Positions 9,178 to 18,594 of a stretch of 64,000 nucleotides of DNA are shown here, piece by piece (position 1 is the stretch's first letter; each line of letters opens with the position of its first letter). The stretch is taken from assembly GCA_963977015.1 (NCBI GenBank), contig CAXBMO010000005.1, positions 1-64,000 of the forward strand, given 5' to 3'. The notes under the pieces are model-generated. The model had not been told where the DNA came from. It did not search any database and was given only the letters and a program-made list of their open reading frames with translations. The translations under genes were made by a program, and so were the position numbers. The DNA is from an uncultured bacterium (GTDB lineage Bacteria > Verrucomicrobiota > Verrucomicrobiia > Verrucomicrobiales > DEV007).

Positions 9178-10512
9178 TCATAGGACGGGTATCTTGATTT
9201 TGGGATTCGGTTTCTCCGTGATGTTCCTTGCGAAGACTTCTTGGCGATCGCCGTCGAAAAGCTTCAGCTGAAATTTTCCCAGGCTATCCGCGACTTCACC
9301 CGCATGGTTGATTGCCGACCAGACCACGACGGAATCGACCGGCACCACTTCGCCCAAATCCAGCTCCCAATAGGGATTCTCGACACTCATTCGAGTAGCG
9401 GAAAAATGACCAGGTTTGTCAGTCTTCCCGTCAATGCCGTATTCCGCGAGGAAGCCTTCCGCCCGCGGATCGCTCAGCCTGGCTTCGCCTTCTTTAGCAA
9501 TGTTGTAACCGCCACTCATCACCTCCACTTCACCTACCGACAGGCCCCATCGCTGGTTTCCTTGCTTCCTGATTTGCACGTAGCGAACCAGTGTCTGCCC
9601 TTCCGTCGGCGCTGTTTTGGCAGGACGTTTGCTGGTGGTTGGCGCGCCGCCGGTATCAATGGCTTTCGCGAGCAATTCCTGAAACAAGGGGGGAGCGCCA
9701 TCCCAGAGTTTGCCCTGACCAAACAGCCCCGCGTAGATGTGAACCAGCGCCTGCAGTTCCGGCTGGCGTTCCGGATCTTCGCGCAGGATGTTTGCCGCTT
9801 CCGCCAGCGCTTCCTCGGCCATGGCTCGATCCATTCCAGGATGCGGGCCAAAGGCCTCGGCAAGGGCAATTACCGCACCTTTCGAATCTCCTTTTCCCTT
9901 GTAGGCCATGGCCCGGGCAAATCCCAGCTCGTTTGCCATTCCGGGAATCTGGCGTTCGGCCTCATCGGCAAGTTTCAAAGCTTGATCCCACTCCTCTCCC
10001 CCAATCGCTGCCCACACCGCCATGACCGGGCGGATTTCCCGCTCCATGATCGGCAGCTTTTCCCACTCCGATTTCATAAATACGTAGCGTAGTTCGCCCC
10101 AGTTCCGCGTTTTGCGATAACAATCCAGCAACCGGCGTTCGGCCAGGTTTGCAAAGTTACCGGGGGCCGGGTAATAGGTGGCGCGCGTCTTATTATTGGA
10201 AACGGGCGCGAATCCGACAGCCGCTGCAGCATAGTCTCCATTGCCAAACGCCGTCATCATCTCCTCCCAAACCCGTGGAGCGGGAAAATCAATGTAATCA
10301 ACCTGATTCATCGGCACGCTGGTAGAACCCGCTTCCATTTGCCAATTGAGACGATCGCCGGCGTCTCCGGCGTAGGTTCCTTCGAGGGTGCGCCCGTCCC
10401 GCAGATAGAGGGACTGTTGGGCGGATGCGGTGATCGGCAACCCATAAACCGTGCATAGTAGACAGACTGACACCGCACGAACTCTACAGATCTGAATGGA
10501 TGGAAACGTCAT
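9178..10512 (-). CDS. Exported TPR-like protein with C-terminal discoidin/F5-8C (F-type lectin-like) domain
   Basis: Signal-like N-terminus, LRDGRTLEG beta module, helical middle, and C-terminal LSVGEVEVMSGGYNIA...GIDGKT...NPYWELDLG...SVVVW. An alternative GTG start at 10557 overlaps the upstream stop. Confidence 0.75.
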   Translation of the reverse strand: MTFPSIQICRVRAVSVCLLCTVYGLPITASAQQSLYLRDGRTLEGTYAGDAGDRLNWQMEAGSTSVPMNQVDYIDFPAPRVWEEMMTAFGNGDYAAAAVGFAPVSNNKTRATYYPAPGNFANLAERRLLDCYRKTRNWGELRYVFMKSEWEKLPIMEREIRPVMAVWAAIGGEEWDQALKLADEAERQIPGMANELGFARAMAYKGKGDSKGAVIALAEAFGPHPGMDRAMAEEALAEAANILREDPERQPELQALVHIYAGLFGQGKLWDGAPPLFQELLAKAIDTGGAPTTSKRPAKTAPTEGQTLVRYVQIRKQGNQRWGLSVGEVEVMSGGYNIAKEGEARLSDPRAEGFLAEYGIDGKTDKPGHFSATRMSVENPYWELDLGEVVPVDSVVVWSAINHAGEVADSLGKFQLKLFDGDRQEVFARNITEKPNPKIKIPVL

Positions 10513-10553
10513 GGTTGTGGAAAGGAGGTCATTGAGAATTTGGCCGCGAAGGT

Positions 10554-13463
10554 TCACGATCGGCTGCTCACAAGTTCATCCCGCCATTTGAAGAAGATGG
10601 ACTTCCCTTCAGCGATGTTCGGATGATCATGATGGCCCATCCGTTTCATCATATCCTGCAACACTTTGAGAGAGTCCATCGTTCGATTTTGCTCTCGCAG
10701 AATTTCGGCGGTTCGCAGATAAGCTTCGGTCGACCAATCGAGGTGCCCGGCAAAGTTGGCATAGACGCTCACATAGATTTTGAGGGCTTCGGCATCTTTA
10801 CCTTGTTCGTCCATACAGAGGCCAAAGGAATAGTTCGCTTCCGGCCGGGCCATCGTCCAACCGCGATTTTTGAGGTAGCTCCTCCAGGCAGCCTGGGCTT
10901 CCGGCCATTTCTTCTGCTTCGTCAATATCCGGGCGGAGTTGAGGGCCGCTTCTTCGCGCAATTGTGGATTCTCCACCTCCGTCAGGACGCGCTGGAAACG
11001 GGTGAAGGCCCGATCCTGAATCTCGGGCGCGGCGGATTCCGCCTCTAACTTGCCGAGATCGACGAGGGCAAACCCCATGGCGTCGCCCGCAGTATCCGGG
11101 CGTTCGGTAAGGATGAACTCGTAGACTTCGCGCGCCTCGTCTTTCCTCCCATTGACCTCCCAATTCCATCGGGCCAGACGAACCAGGGTATAACTACTGA
11201 GGTCCTTGCCATTGCGCTCGTAAAGCGCGTTGAGCTTGAAGAACTGCAGCCTGATCTGATCGGCCACCTCATCCTGGTTCTCGGCGTCTTCCAGCGTTTC
11301 AAGCTTGGCCATGACCAGCCACGCATCCAGCGCTCCCGGTGGATTCGCCGGATTTGTGAACGGATAGTTCTCCAGTTGCTCCAGCTTTTCCTCCATGGTG
11401 TAGTTCGCATCCAGGTAATCCAGATAACTCCCGAACAACAAGTCAACCTGAGCCGGCTCATCTCCCGCATCGGCGAAGCGATTGACGAAGTCCGTCAACG
11501 TCTTGAGACCTTCTTCGCGACGATCGAGCGCGACCAAGGCATCGAGCACCGACAAGGTGGCGTCGATCTGGTAGCTGGACTCCCAATACTTCGCCTTGAA
11601 CTCATCGTAGTAGGCTGCCGACGCTTCCCAATCCTCCGCCTCGGCGGCTGCGGCGATCAATTGACGAAGGGAATAGGCCGCAACTTCATTGCTCCCACGC
11701 CCCTCACCTTCCACCAAACGCTTTGCCTCAAGATACTCAGGGGCGATTGAGTCATAACTCTCATCCAGGGCTGCCAGGATATCGCCTTTGACATTGTGCG
11801 ATGCCGGAATTTCGGCCGCTTCCGGGAATTTTTCCTGCAGTTCCTTGATGCGAGTGAGCGCCAGTTCCAGGTCCTCCAATACGAAGTGTGAGAGACCGCT
11901 CAGGAATAATACGGGCGGTCGCATCATCGAGTTGGGATAATCCACCAGGAACTTCTCCAGGATAACAGCCGCCTCCTCCCATTTCATCAGATTCACCTTG
12001 GTCGAGCCCAGGTAGAACTCGGCAGGCTCCTTGCGTTGAGGATCCGGGTAATTCTTGAAGTAGCCTTCCAGGTGGCGCTCGGCTTCCTCAAACTTCCCGA
12101 GATGAAAGGCGCAGGCGCCGACGACGAAATCCGGAATCTCGCGGATTTCTGACCCTACATCCATCTCTGAGCGGATTTCGTGGCAAATGGTATAAGCTTC
12201 CTGGTATTCGCCTTGGAGATAAACCACCTCAACCAGAACGCGCGCAACCGAAGGCTTCAATTCGTTTTCCGGGAATTCCTCGAAAAACTTGAGCCCATAG
12301 GTATAGGCTTCGGTCCAAAACTCCAGGTTTACGTCGCAAACCACGAGGTTGTGCAAAATCGTGGCACGCTTTGGGTGATTCGGGAACTCATTGGCCACAA
12401 GCCGGTAAGTTGCCCGGGCTCCGGCGATACTGCTGAGTTGGTAATGCGCCGCCCCCGTGCCGACCAGCGTCGAGGCCCAGGATTTTCTCGTCTCCACCAC
12501 TTCCTTGTCGAGCTCAGACAGCAATTTCCTGGCGGTTGACTTGATGCTTTCGATGTCCTTGCGATTCGCCCGTTTTGCGACATCCAGCTTTTGGTTGATG
12601 TCCACCTTCCGTTCCTCGAGAGCCTTCAAAATCTCGCTTTGCGGCGCCATCAGGCTATACCACATGAGGGCCCGAATCGGCTCATCCCCTTCCAGCGCCT
12701 TGCTCGCCAGCGCCTCAAACCTGGGGTTATGCGTTGCCCGCTCCATCGGCAAATCGTCGGTGATGAGACTGGCTCGGGGCGTGATGACATCACGCACTTC
12801 AGCAAAGGGTTTGTCGTGCGACCAGTCCCACGCCAGGATCATGAAAAGCTGCTGTTGACCTTCGATTCCCACCAAATCCTCGTCAATGACCCGAACGATG
12901 AAGTCCTTCCCTTTCGCGGGCTGACCGCCCAGGATGTACGAGCGCGCGAGATTGATCGAAACGGCAAGGCGATTGATCGGGGGTTCTCCCCGCGGGTCTT
13001 CCGCGAGGGTCTTTTCGTATTTCCCCGCAGCGGCGTCGTAGTTCTTCAAGGACATCAGCGCATTCCCCCACTGCATCAGGGCGTGGACATGGAACCGGTT
13101 GGGCAGCCGCGGATCTTCCTCCCCATCGGGAACCTTGATTTTCAGGGATGAGTTGTCCCATTCCTCGTAGCAGGTCCTGAGCGGGGGGATCGCCGCCTGA
13201 TACTGCTTCTTGCGAAGCAGATACATTCCCTTGATATAATAGAAGTGGCCGAATACCGGCCCGTATTTCTCCAAGGCCCCATCGCTGAATTCCCCGATCG
13301 CACGATCGCAGAGACTGATGCCCTTGTCGAGATCCCCGGAATTCCCTGCCTGAATCGCCAAGTCGTAATATCTGACGATTTTTTCCGCGGGAGATGCATC
13401 CTGGCTCAATGCCAGGACGGGACAACAGAGAACGCTGAAGAGAAAGGAGAGTCGGTAGATCAT
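10554..13463 (-). CDS. Large exported tetratricopeptide-repeat protein
   Basis: 969 aa, signal peptide, many CpoB/BamD-like TPR units (YFKNYPD, FLVDYPNS, LQEKFPE). Confidence 0.88.
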   Translation of the reverse strand: MIYRLSFLFSVLCCPVLALSQDASPAEKIVRYYDLAIQAGNSGDLDKGISLCDRAIGEFSDGALEKYGPVFGHFYYIKGMYLLRKKQYQAAIPPLRTCYEEWDNSSLKIKVPDGEEDPRLPNRFHVHALMQWGNALMSLKNYDAAAGKYEKTLAEDPRGEPPINRLAVSINLARSYILGGQPAKGKDFIVRVIDEDLVGIEGQQQLFMILAWDWSHDKPFAEVRDVITPRASLITDDLPMERATHNPRFEALASKALEGDEPIRALMWYSLMAPQSEILKALEERKVDINQKLDVAKRANRKDIESIKSTARKLLSELDKEVVETRKSWASTLVGTGAAHYQLSSIAGARATYRLVANEFPNHPKRATILHNLVVCDVNLEFWTEAYTYGLKFFEEFPENELKPSVARVLVEVVYLQGEYQEAYTICHEIRSEMDVGSEIREIPDFVVGACAFHLGKFEEAERHLEGYFKNYPDPQRKEPAEFYLGSTKVNLMKWEEAAVILEKFLVDYPNSMMRPPVLFLSGLSHFVLEDLELALTRIKELQEKFPEAAEIPASHNVKGDILAALDESYDSIAPEYLEAKRLVEGEGRGSNEVAAYSLRQLIAAAAEAEDWEASAAYYDEFKAKYWESSYQIDATLSVLDALVALDRREEGLKTLTDFVNRFADAGDEPAQVDLLFGSYLDYLDANYTMEEKLEQLENYPFTNPANPPGALDAWLVMAKLETLEDAENQDEVADQIRLQFFKLNALYERNGKDLSSYTLVRLARWNWEVNGRKDEAREVYEFILTERPDTAGDAMGFALVDLGKLEAESAAPEIQDRAFTRFQRVLTEVENPQLREEAALNSARILTKQKKWPEAQAAWRSYLKNRGWTMARPEANYSFGLCMDEQGKDAEALKIYVSVYANFAGHLDWSTEAYLRTAEILREQNRTMDSLKVLQDMMKRMGHHDHPNIAEGKSIFFKWRDELVSSRS

Positions 13464-13469
13464 GTCGTT

Positions 13470-14573
13470 TTACTGAAGATACCTCGCGAATCTTCCGGGA
13501 TTTTTCATATATTCGTCCCCGTCAATGGATTTGCCGTTCTTCCCAACCAGGGTAAACTTTCCGCCGGTTCCCTTGGCGATTTCCGCAAACTCCCTAGCGC
13601 CAGCCTTGGTCTGCATCGCAATGGTATTGATCGTCGGCTTCCCACGACGGCGATTCACCGTCAGGATGGGACGAGGGTCGTTGCCTCCGGTCCCGTCAGA
13701 CATGAAGAAGATAGCATCCGGCGGCGGTTCCATCAGATGGGCAATCTCCAAAGCCAATCCCCAATCCGTTCCGCCAAACAGGCGGTTGTCTTCGACCGCA
13801 TCCATCGTCCTCTTCACATTTGAGCTGCTCGCTTTCAGCCACTTAGTCGTTGGCAACCGTGACGACGCGCCTCTGAAATCGTAGTTATCCCAACCGGCAC
13901 CACTTTTCGGTTCGAATTCGTATTCCTTCCCCTGGGGATCTTTCACGGTGTTTGTGGGCGGGGTTCCTGACGAAGTCAAACTCCAGCCTTTTTCTGCATA
14001 ATAGGCGCCGCCCGCAAAGAGGAGGACCTGATACTCGACTCCTTTGAGGGCGCGCAAAGCCCGTTTCAATTCATTATTGCGAAGGTCGACCTGTTGCTCG
14101 GTCATGGAACCGGAATGATCGATGACGAACAGAAAACGGTTTCCAGTCGATTTACCGCCAAAGAAGGAAGCGCCCAAGCCCATGCCGCCGCCTCCGCCAC
14201 CACCCGAGCCAAACCCGCTTCCAAAGTCCCCCTCGCCGACGCCAATCGGGCCATCGCTAAACTTCGTGACTTCCGGGGTCGCGATCTTGGCGATGGAATT
14301 CGACCGTATCATCTTCGCGATCGGTGAAGCCGCCGCAGAAGCCGAGGCTTCCTTGGCCTGCTTGACGACCTGCTTCTTCTCCAGCTTGATCTCCGTCTGG
14401 ACGACCGGCGCGACGACTTGCGCCACGATTTCCGGCTCTTCCTTAGCGGAGGGCAAAACGGCGATGAGCATGGCCACGAAGATAATAACTGCGTGTACAA
14501 CGACTGCGACCAGCAGCGCGGAAACCTTCTTGCCGCCCTTCTTTTCTTTGATTTTCGTATCGGTGGTTAGCAT
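13470..14573 (-). CDS. Membrane-anchored vWA-domain protein with TonB-like N-terminal anchor
   Basis: Basic N-terminus, TM helix containing His (VAVVVHAVII), Ala/Gly-rich linker, MIDAS residues FVIDHSGSM, GGTD and FFMSDG. Confidence 0.85.
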   Translation of the reverse strand: MLTTDTKIKEKKGGKKVSALLVAVVVHAVIIFVAMLIAVLPSAKEEPEIVAQVVAPVVQTEIKLEKKQVVKQAKEASASAAASPIAKMIRSNSIAKIATPEVTKFSDGPIGVGEGDFGSGFGSGGGGGGGMGLGASFFGGKSTGNRFLFVIDHSGSMTEQQVDLRNNELKRALRALKGVEYQVLLFAGGAYYAEKGWSLTSSGTPPTNTVKDPQGKEYEFEPKSGAGWDNYDFRGASSRLPTTKWLKASSSNVKRTMDAVEDNRLFGGTDWGLALEIAHLMEPPPDAIFFMSDGTGGNDPRPILTVNRRRGKPTINTIAMQTKAGAREFAEIAKGTGGKFTLVGKNGKSIDGDEYMKNPGRFARYLQ

Positions 14574-14598
14574 GGGATGATCGGTGTAGGGATAGGAC

Positions 14599-15045
14599 TC
14601 ACTGTGCCAGGCTCACATTCTTGATTCCGCTCGCGGCGCAGGCATTGAGCACATCAACAAAGCGTTGTTCGGGGGTTTCGTCCGCGCAGCTGATTACCAC
14701 CATGGCCTCCGAGCCGGCAATTTGAGCACTGGCGGCGTAGCGTTCCAGGCGATCGGCCAAGACCGGGACCTTTCGATCGCTCGGGTCGGAATCGACCAAT
14801 TCATCATTGATGAAGATGGAAGAATCCCCCTCGATTTTTACCATCATCTGATCAATCTCCACATCCTCGCTCTGGGCGCTGGAAACACCGGGCAGGATCA
14901 TGCTCAGGTCCGCCTCCTGCTTCATCAGCGTCGTGGTGACCAGAAAGTAGATCAGGAGCAGGAAGCCAACGTCGATGAGGGGCGAAACATCCATTGCGGG
15001 TTCCGTCGTCGAATCCATGGGATTGCCTGAGCGTCTGCGAGCCAT
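14599..15045 (-). CDS. exbD: ExbD/TolR family biopolymer transport protein
   Basis: MDVSPLIDVGFLLLIYFLV TM helix with the conserved Asp; C-terminal VDVLNACAASGIKNVSL. Confidence 0.93.
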   Translation of the reverse strand: MARRRSGNPMDSTTEPAMDVSPLIDVGFLLLIYFLVTTTLMKQEADLSMILPGVSSAQSEDVEIDQMMVKIEGDSSIFINDELVDSDPSDRKVPVLADRLERYAASAQIAGSEAMVVISCADETPEQRFVDVLNACAASGIKNVSLAQ

Positions 15046-15051
15046 CTTATG

Positions 15052-15079
15052 ATTTGAGATTTGAAATTTGAGATTCGAA
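15052..15079. repeat. Degenerate heptamer tandem repeat, 4 units
   Basis: ATTTGAG-ATTTGAA-ATTTGAG-ATTCGAA fills most of the spacer between the two exbD genes. Confidence 0.8.
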
Positions 15080-15081
15080 GG

Positions 15082-15507
15082 TCACTTCACTTCATGGGTG
15101 GAGAAGATGACCGTGTTGACGCCACCTTTCGCGGAGGCTGCCACCACCTCCTTGACTTCCTTGTGCGGCACTCGGGCATCGGCGCGAAGGTGCAGGCGGG
15201 CGTTGGGATTCTTCGCCTTCGCCTGTGTCATCATCACCTCAACCTGGTCCAGAGACAGTGGGTTGCTGGATTCATCAGCGATACTTCCATCGTTATAGAC
15301 ATTGATGATCACACGGTCGCGAATCTCCTTCGGCACTCTGGCAGATGCCGCGATGGGGATTTGAACCCGCTCGTCCTTCTTATACGTGATCAAGGTCGAG
15401 GCGATCATGAAAAAGATCAGGAGCAAGAAGACCAGGTCGATCATGGGAGACATGTCCACGTTCGGCGCGGAACCACCCATCAAATCGCGTTTTCGTTTTC
15501 GGGCCAT
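15082..15507 (-). CDS. exbD: ExbD/TolR family biopolymer transport protein (second paralog)
   Basis: MARKRKR start; VDMSPMIDLVFLLLIFFMI TM helix; LRADARVP motif. The longer ORF-track extension overlaps exbB. Confidence 0.92.
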   Translation of the reverse strand: MARKRKRDLMGGSAPNVDMSPMIDLVFLLLIFFMIASTLITYKKDERVQIPIAASARVPKEIRDRVIINVYNDGSIADESSNPLSLDQVEVMMTQAKAKNPNARLHLRADARVPHKEVKEVVAASAKGGVNTVIFSTHEVK

Positions 15508-15524
15508 CGGTTTGGGGGAATCGA

Positions 15525-16394
15525 CTAAACGCTTGGTGCGGGAGGTTGACCCGGCACCGCTGGTTCGGCCGCGGCCTGAGCCTCTGCCTGCTCGTATTGT
15601 GCGAAGATGACATCGCGCAACGTGTTCAGCAGCTTCGATGCCTCGATCTCGGTTTGGGAAACACCGTCGGCCAGCTTGTCCCGAAACGCGAAATAGAGGA
15701 AAATCGCCGGCAGCGCAACCACCAGTCCGGTCGCCGTCGTCATGAGAGCCTCGGAGATGTTTCCCGCCAACTTTCCAGGGTCTCCCATTCCGCCGCTCGA
15801 CAAGGTCGCAAACGCCTTGATCATGCCCGACACCGTTCCTAACAATCCCACCATCGGAGCGGCCTGCGAGATTACCGACAGGTAGTTGATCGTCTTGGCT
15901 CGGCCTCGATTGGAGATCTGGGAGGCGTCGGCCATCAAATCGTAGACCGTGTCGCCATCCAGCACGTGGTAGCCACGCTTCGCGGTGTATTCCAGCGCCC
16001 CATTCATAACGCGGCCAAGGCAGGAAGAATTGTTCGACGCGAGCTCCATTCCCTGCACCACATCGCCATTTGCCATCGCAGTGGAGAGTTGGGCAACCAG
16101 CGGCTCCGGGGTGAATTTGCTCTTGGTGAGATCGGTGATGAGGAAGATCGCGAGCGTGATGATGGCAATGGACATCAAACCGAGCGGCCACATGGCCCAA
16201 CCGCCTTCTTTGAGCATATCGAGAAGGTTTCGGTCCGCCGCGGAGGCGGCTTCAGCGTCCTTGACGGCTTGGCTGGATAGAACGGGTTCTTCGTCACCAG
16301 GAAGGCTAAAGTCGTCTTGAGCCAGGGCCGGGGCTGAAACAAACAGGAACGCCAAGAACGACAGAGATATTGCGAGAAATCCGGGCTTTAGCAT
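15525..16394 (-). CDS. exbB: MotA/TolQ/ExbB proton channel family protein
   Basis: GGWAMWPL, APMVGLLGTVSGMIKAF and ISEALMTTATGLVVALPA motifs; N-terminal signal-peptide-like extension. Confidence 0.95.
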   Translation of the reverse strand: MLKPGFLAISLSFLAFLFVSAPALAQDDFSLPGDEEPVLSSQAVKDAEAASAADRNLLDMLKEGGWAMWPLGLMSIAIITLAIFLITDLTKSKFTPEPLVAQLSTAMANGDVVQGMELASNNSSCLGRVMNGALEYTAKRGYHVLDGDTVYDLMADASQISNRGRAKTINYLSVISQAAPMVGLLGTVSGMIKAFATLSSGGMGDPGKLAGNISEALMTTATGLVVALPAIFLYFAFRDKLADGVSQTEIEASKLLNTLRDVIFAQYEQAEAQAAAEPAVPGQPPAPSV

Positions 16395-16445
16395 AGGTTT
16401 TTTTGAAGTTAGTGGAGTTGATAGAGGAAGGGGCGGTCGCACCGC

Positions 16446-16474
16446 TGGATAGGAAATGACCCTTGCGCGGTCAA
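16446..16474 (-). promoter_or_regulatory. Putative sigma70-type promoter of the exbB operon, overlapped by a TGACC-N7-GGTCA inverted repeat
   Basis: Minus strand reads TTGACC-N17-TATCCA about 50 nt upstream of the ATG; inverted repeat at 16457-16473. Confidence 0.4.
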
Positions 16475-16574
16475 AGTGAGAACCTCCAAATCAAAAAAAC
16501 TTCAGCGCCCCTCGGTTGGCGGTCTTTCAGGCTTGCTGGGCCGCTGGCCTTGTCAGGCGCATTGGCGCCCCACC

Positions 16575-18539
16575 CTACCGCGCATCCGGAAAATGCTTTG
16601 CGATGATGTTGTCCAGGGCGGTGACAGCAGCTTCGCCATGTGAATCATTGTAGACCGACAGCCACTTGTGATAAAAACCATGCCCGAATAGGGTATTCAT
16701 TTCCATCAGGGTTCGTCCCGGGTTTTCGCAACGGGGATACATAATTAGAGCGTGCTTCTTGAATTCACTGGCCGTCATAGGGATGAGGGTTCGATAGTGT
16801 TTCAGTCTTTCATACACGGCTGGTGACGGTGATAGATCATTTCTCTTGATCGCCCTCGCCAAACTGGATTCATCCTCCGGATAGACTCCCCAGAATTCAA
16901 ACAGCGGCCGCAAATCATACCCTGTTGCCATGCAAAAGCGGAGGATTCGACCATCGGTTGGGTCGTCATTCACGTTGGCCGGGAAACCCTTGCCCTTTCG
17001 GTAGTTCTCATGGTCTTCAGCCGCAAACCGCAACAGAGGGTCCCAACCAAACAGCTTGGCCATATCCCCATAGTGCCCGTAGCCACGATGCTGATACTTC
17101 ACTTCATCTCCGGGGCGGTTGGTGGTGTTTCTCGGTTTTCCCTTCCGGAAGTTTTCGGTAATCATGCGGTCGACCGCGGCCCGTTCGATGCTGACATTAT
17201 CGCCGCGTCCCATCGACCGGCTGAACGCAACATCCAGATCAACTTCGAACCCCTGATTATGGATATAAACATAGGGAAAATTCACCAACGCTTCGGTCTC
17301 TCCTTTGAATTTGGTGATTCTTTCCATGTGACCCATCTCGTGAAACAGCTCGTGCTTGGCGAATTGAGGGCCCTTCAAAAACCAGTGATCCTTGTTTCCG
17401 TTCTCCTTCTCCAGCGGATTCCAGTTGTAGTTCGATTGAGGGTAGCCGGGAAAAAAGGCGCCCCCGCGCATAATCACGTCGATCTGATGATAGAGCACGA
17501 CTTTGGATCTGACTTTCGAACGCCCCGTGATTTCGGAGATCAGGTCCATACACTTATCATAGTCAGCAGTCAGTTTATCCGGCGTCTTGTAGTTGTAGAT
17601 CCAGGCGGTTGGCACTTGCATCATGAACTTCTCAGACTCGAAATCCGCCCAAGGAGCTGACTTTTTCCTCTCGACCCTCAACCAGTCCTGAAGAGTCGTT
17701 TTGTCGAACGAGCGGGCGGAATAGAACGGGGCTTCAACGATGTTCCTCGCATAGATGTCGCAGATTCCGCCATCGCCATCCGGAGGAACCTCCAGATAAA
17801 CGCCACCTCCCAATGGATGGGTGATGAGAATGCGATCCTGTTTGATCGGGTAGACGATCGAAATACGGTCGAGCCGTTTGATGACCGGCTTTTTTGCCAA
17901 ATCCCAGGAGTGAGCGCCGACACGAATTCCATAGCCTTTTTTCACGATGCCGGAAGGGACTTTCAGCTCGGCAATCGTGCCCGGAGCCACATACCATCCG
18001 GTGCAGCGGCGAGCCGGCGCGTCGTCAGTAGTGAGAGGCGCCCCATCAGGTGGCAGTTGGGAGGCATCGATTTTGATCTTGTAGACCTTTCGCGGATCCC
18101 GTGGAGGATCGACTTTACCGGGAAAAAAGTCAGCACACTGAAAGGCCCTGGAATCGAGATCTCTGGAGTGGTCTTTGACGTTCTCAAGATGATAAGCGTG
18201 ATCCAGCAAAGCCTGCTGCAATTGAAAAATAGCATGCTCCAATTCCTTGCCCTTCCGATCTCTCCGCGAGAACCCGCCTTTCGTTTCTTCATTCAAAAAC
18301 AGAGGCTGGTGAATTTCATCGTAAGCTGACACCACATCCAACGCCTTGGTCACCAGCCTAATATCTTTGGCAAGAGCGGAGCCCTGTTTGATGATGTCTG
18401 CTTCAACCCCGGAAAGCTCCTCTGGAGTCAGCGCTTCTCTCTTGTTCAAGTGAGCCGATAATTGATCGAGCGATTCCTCAAGGCCAGCTGCATTCAGCGA
18501 TGTGCACGAGAGGAGTAAGGCCGGTAATAGGTATTTCAT
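16575..18539 (-). CDS. Secreted M60-like (enhancin/mucinase family) zinc metallopeptidase
   Basis: Signal peptide; TGWYVAPG, HPLGGGVYL and APWADFES motifs; gluzincin LFHEMGH followed by GETEALVN. Confidence 0.88.
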   Translation of the reverse strand: MKYLLPALLLSCTSLNAAGLEESLDQLSAHLNKREALTPEELSGVEADIIKQGSALAKDIRLVTKALDVVSAYDEIHQPLFLNEETKGGFSRRDRKGKELEHAIFQLQQALLDHAYHLENVKDHSRDLDSRAFQCADFFPGKVDPPRDPRKVYKIKIDASQLPPDGAPLTTDDAPARRCTGWYVAPGTIAELKVPSGIVKKGYGIRVGAHSWDLAKKPVIKRLDRISIVYPIKQDRILITHPLGGGVYLEVPPDGDGGICDIYARNIVEAPFYSARSFDKTTLQDWLRVERKKSAPWADFESEKFMMQVPTAWIYNYKTPDKLTADYDKCMDLISEITGRSKVRSKVVLYHQIDVIMRGGAFFPGYPQSNYNWNPLEKENGNKDHWFLKGPQFAKHELFHEMGHMERITKFKGETEALVNFPYVYIHNQGFEVDLDVAFSRSMGRGDNVSIERAAVDRMITENFRKGKPRNTTNRPGDEVKYQHRGYGHYGDMAKLFGWDPLLRFAAEDHENYRKGKGFPANVNDDPTDGRILRFCMATGYDLRPLFEFWGVYPEDESSLARAIKRNDLSPSPAVYERLKHYRTLIPMTASEFKKHALIMYPRCENPGRTLMEMNTLFGHGFYHKWLSVYNDSHGEAAVTALDNIIAKHFPDAR

Positions 18540-18594
18540 ATGCAGATGATCAGGGAGGGATTGAGAGGGGTGTTATTCTTTAACCTGACGGTGA

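Noticed and set aside
15508-16200. 231-codon N-terminal extension of exbD overlapping exbB (possible frameshift fusion)
   Set aside because: The extension is Arg/Gly-rich and motif-free; exbB has its own stop and exbD its own start; no slippery site was noticed.
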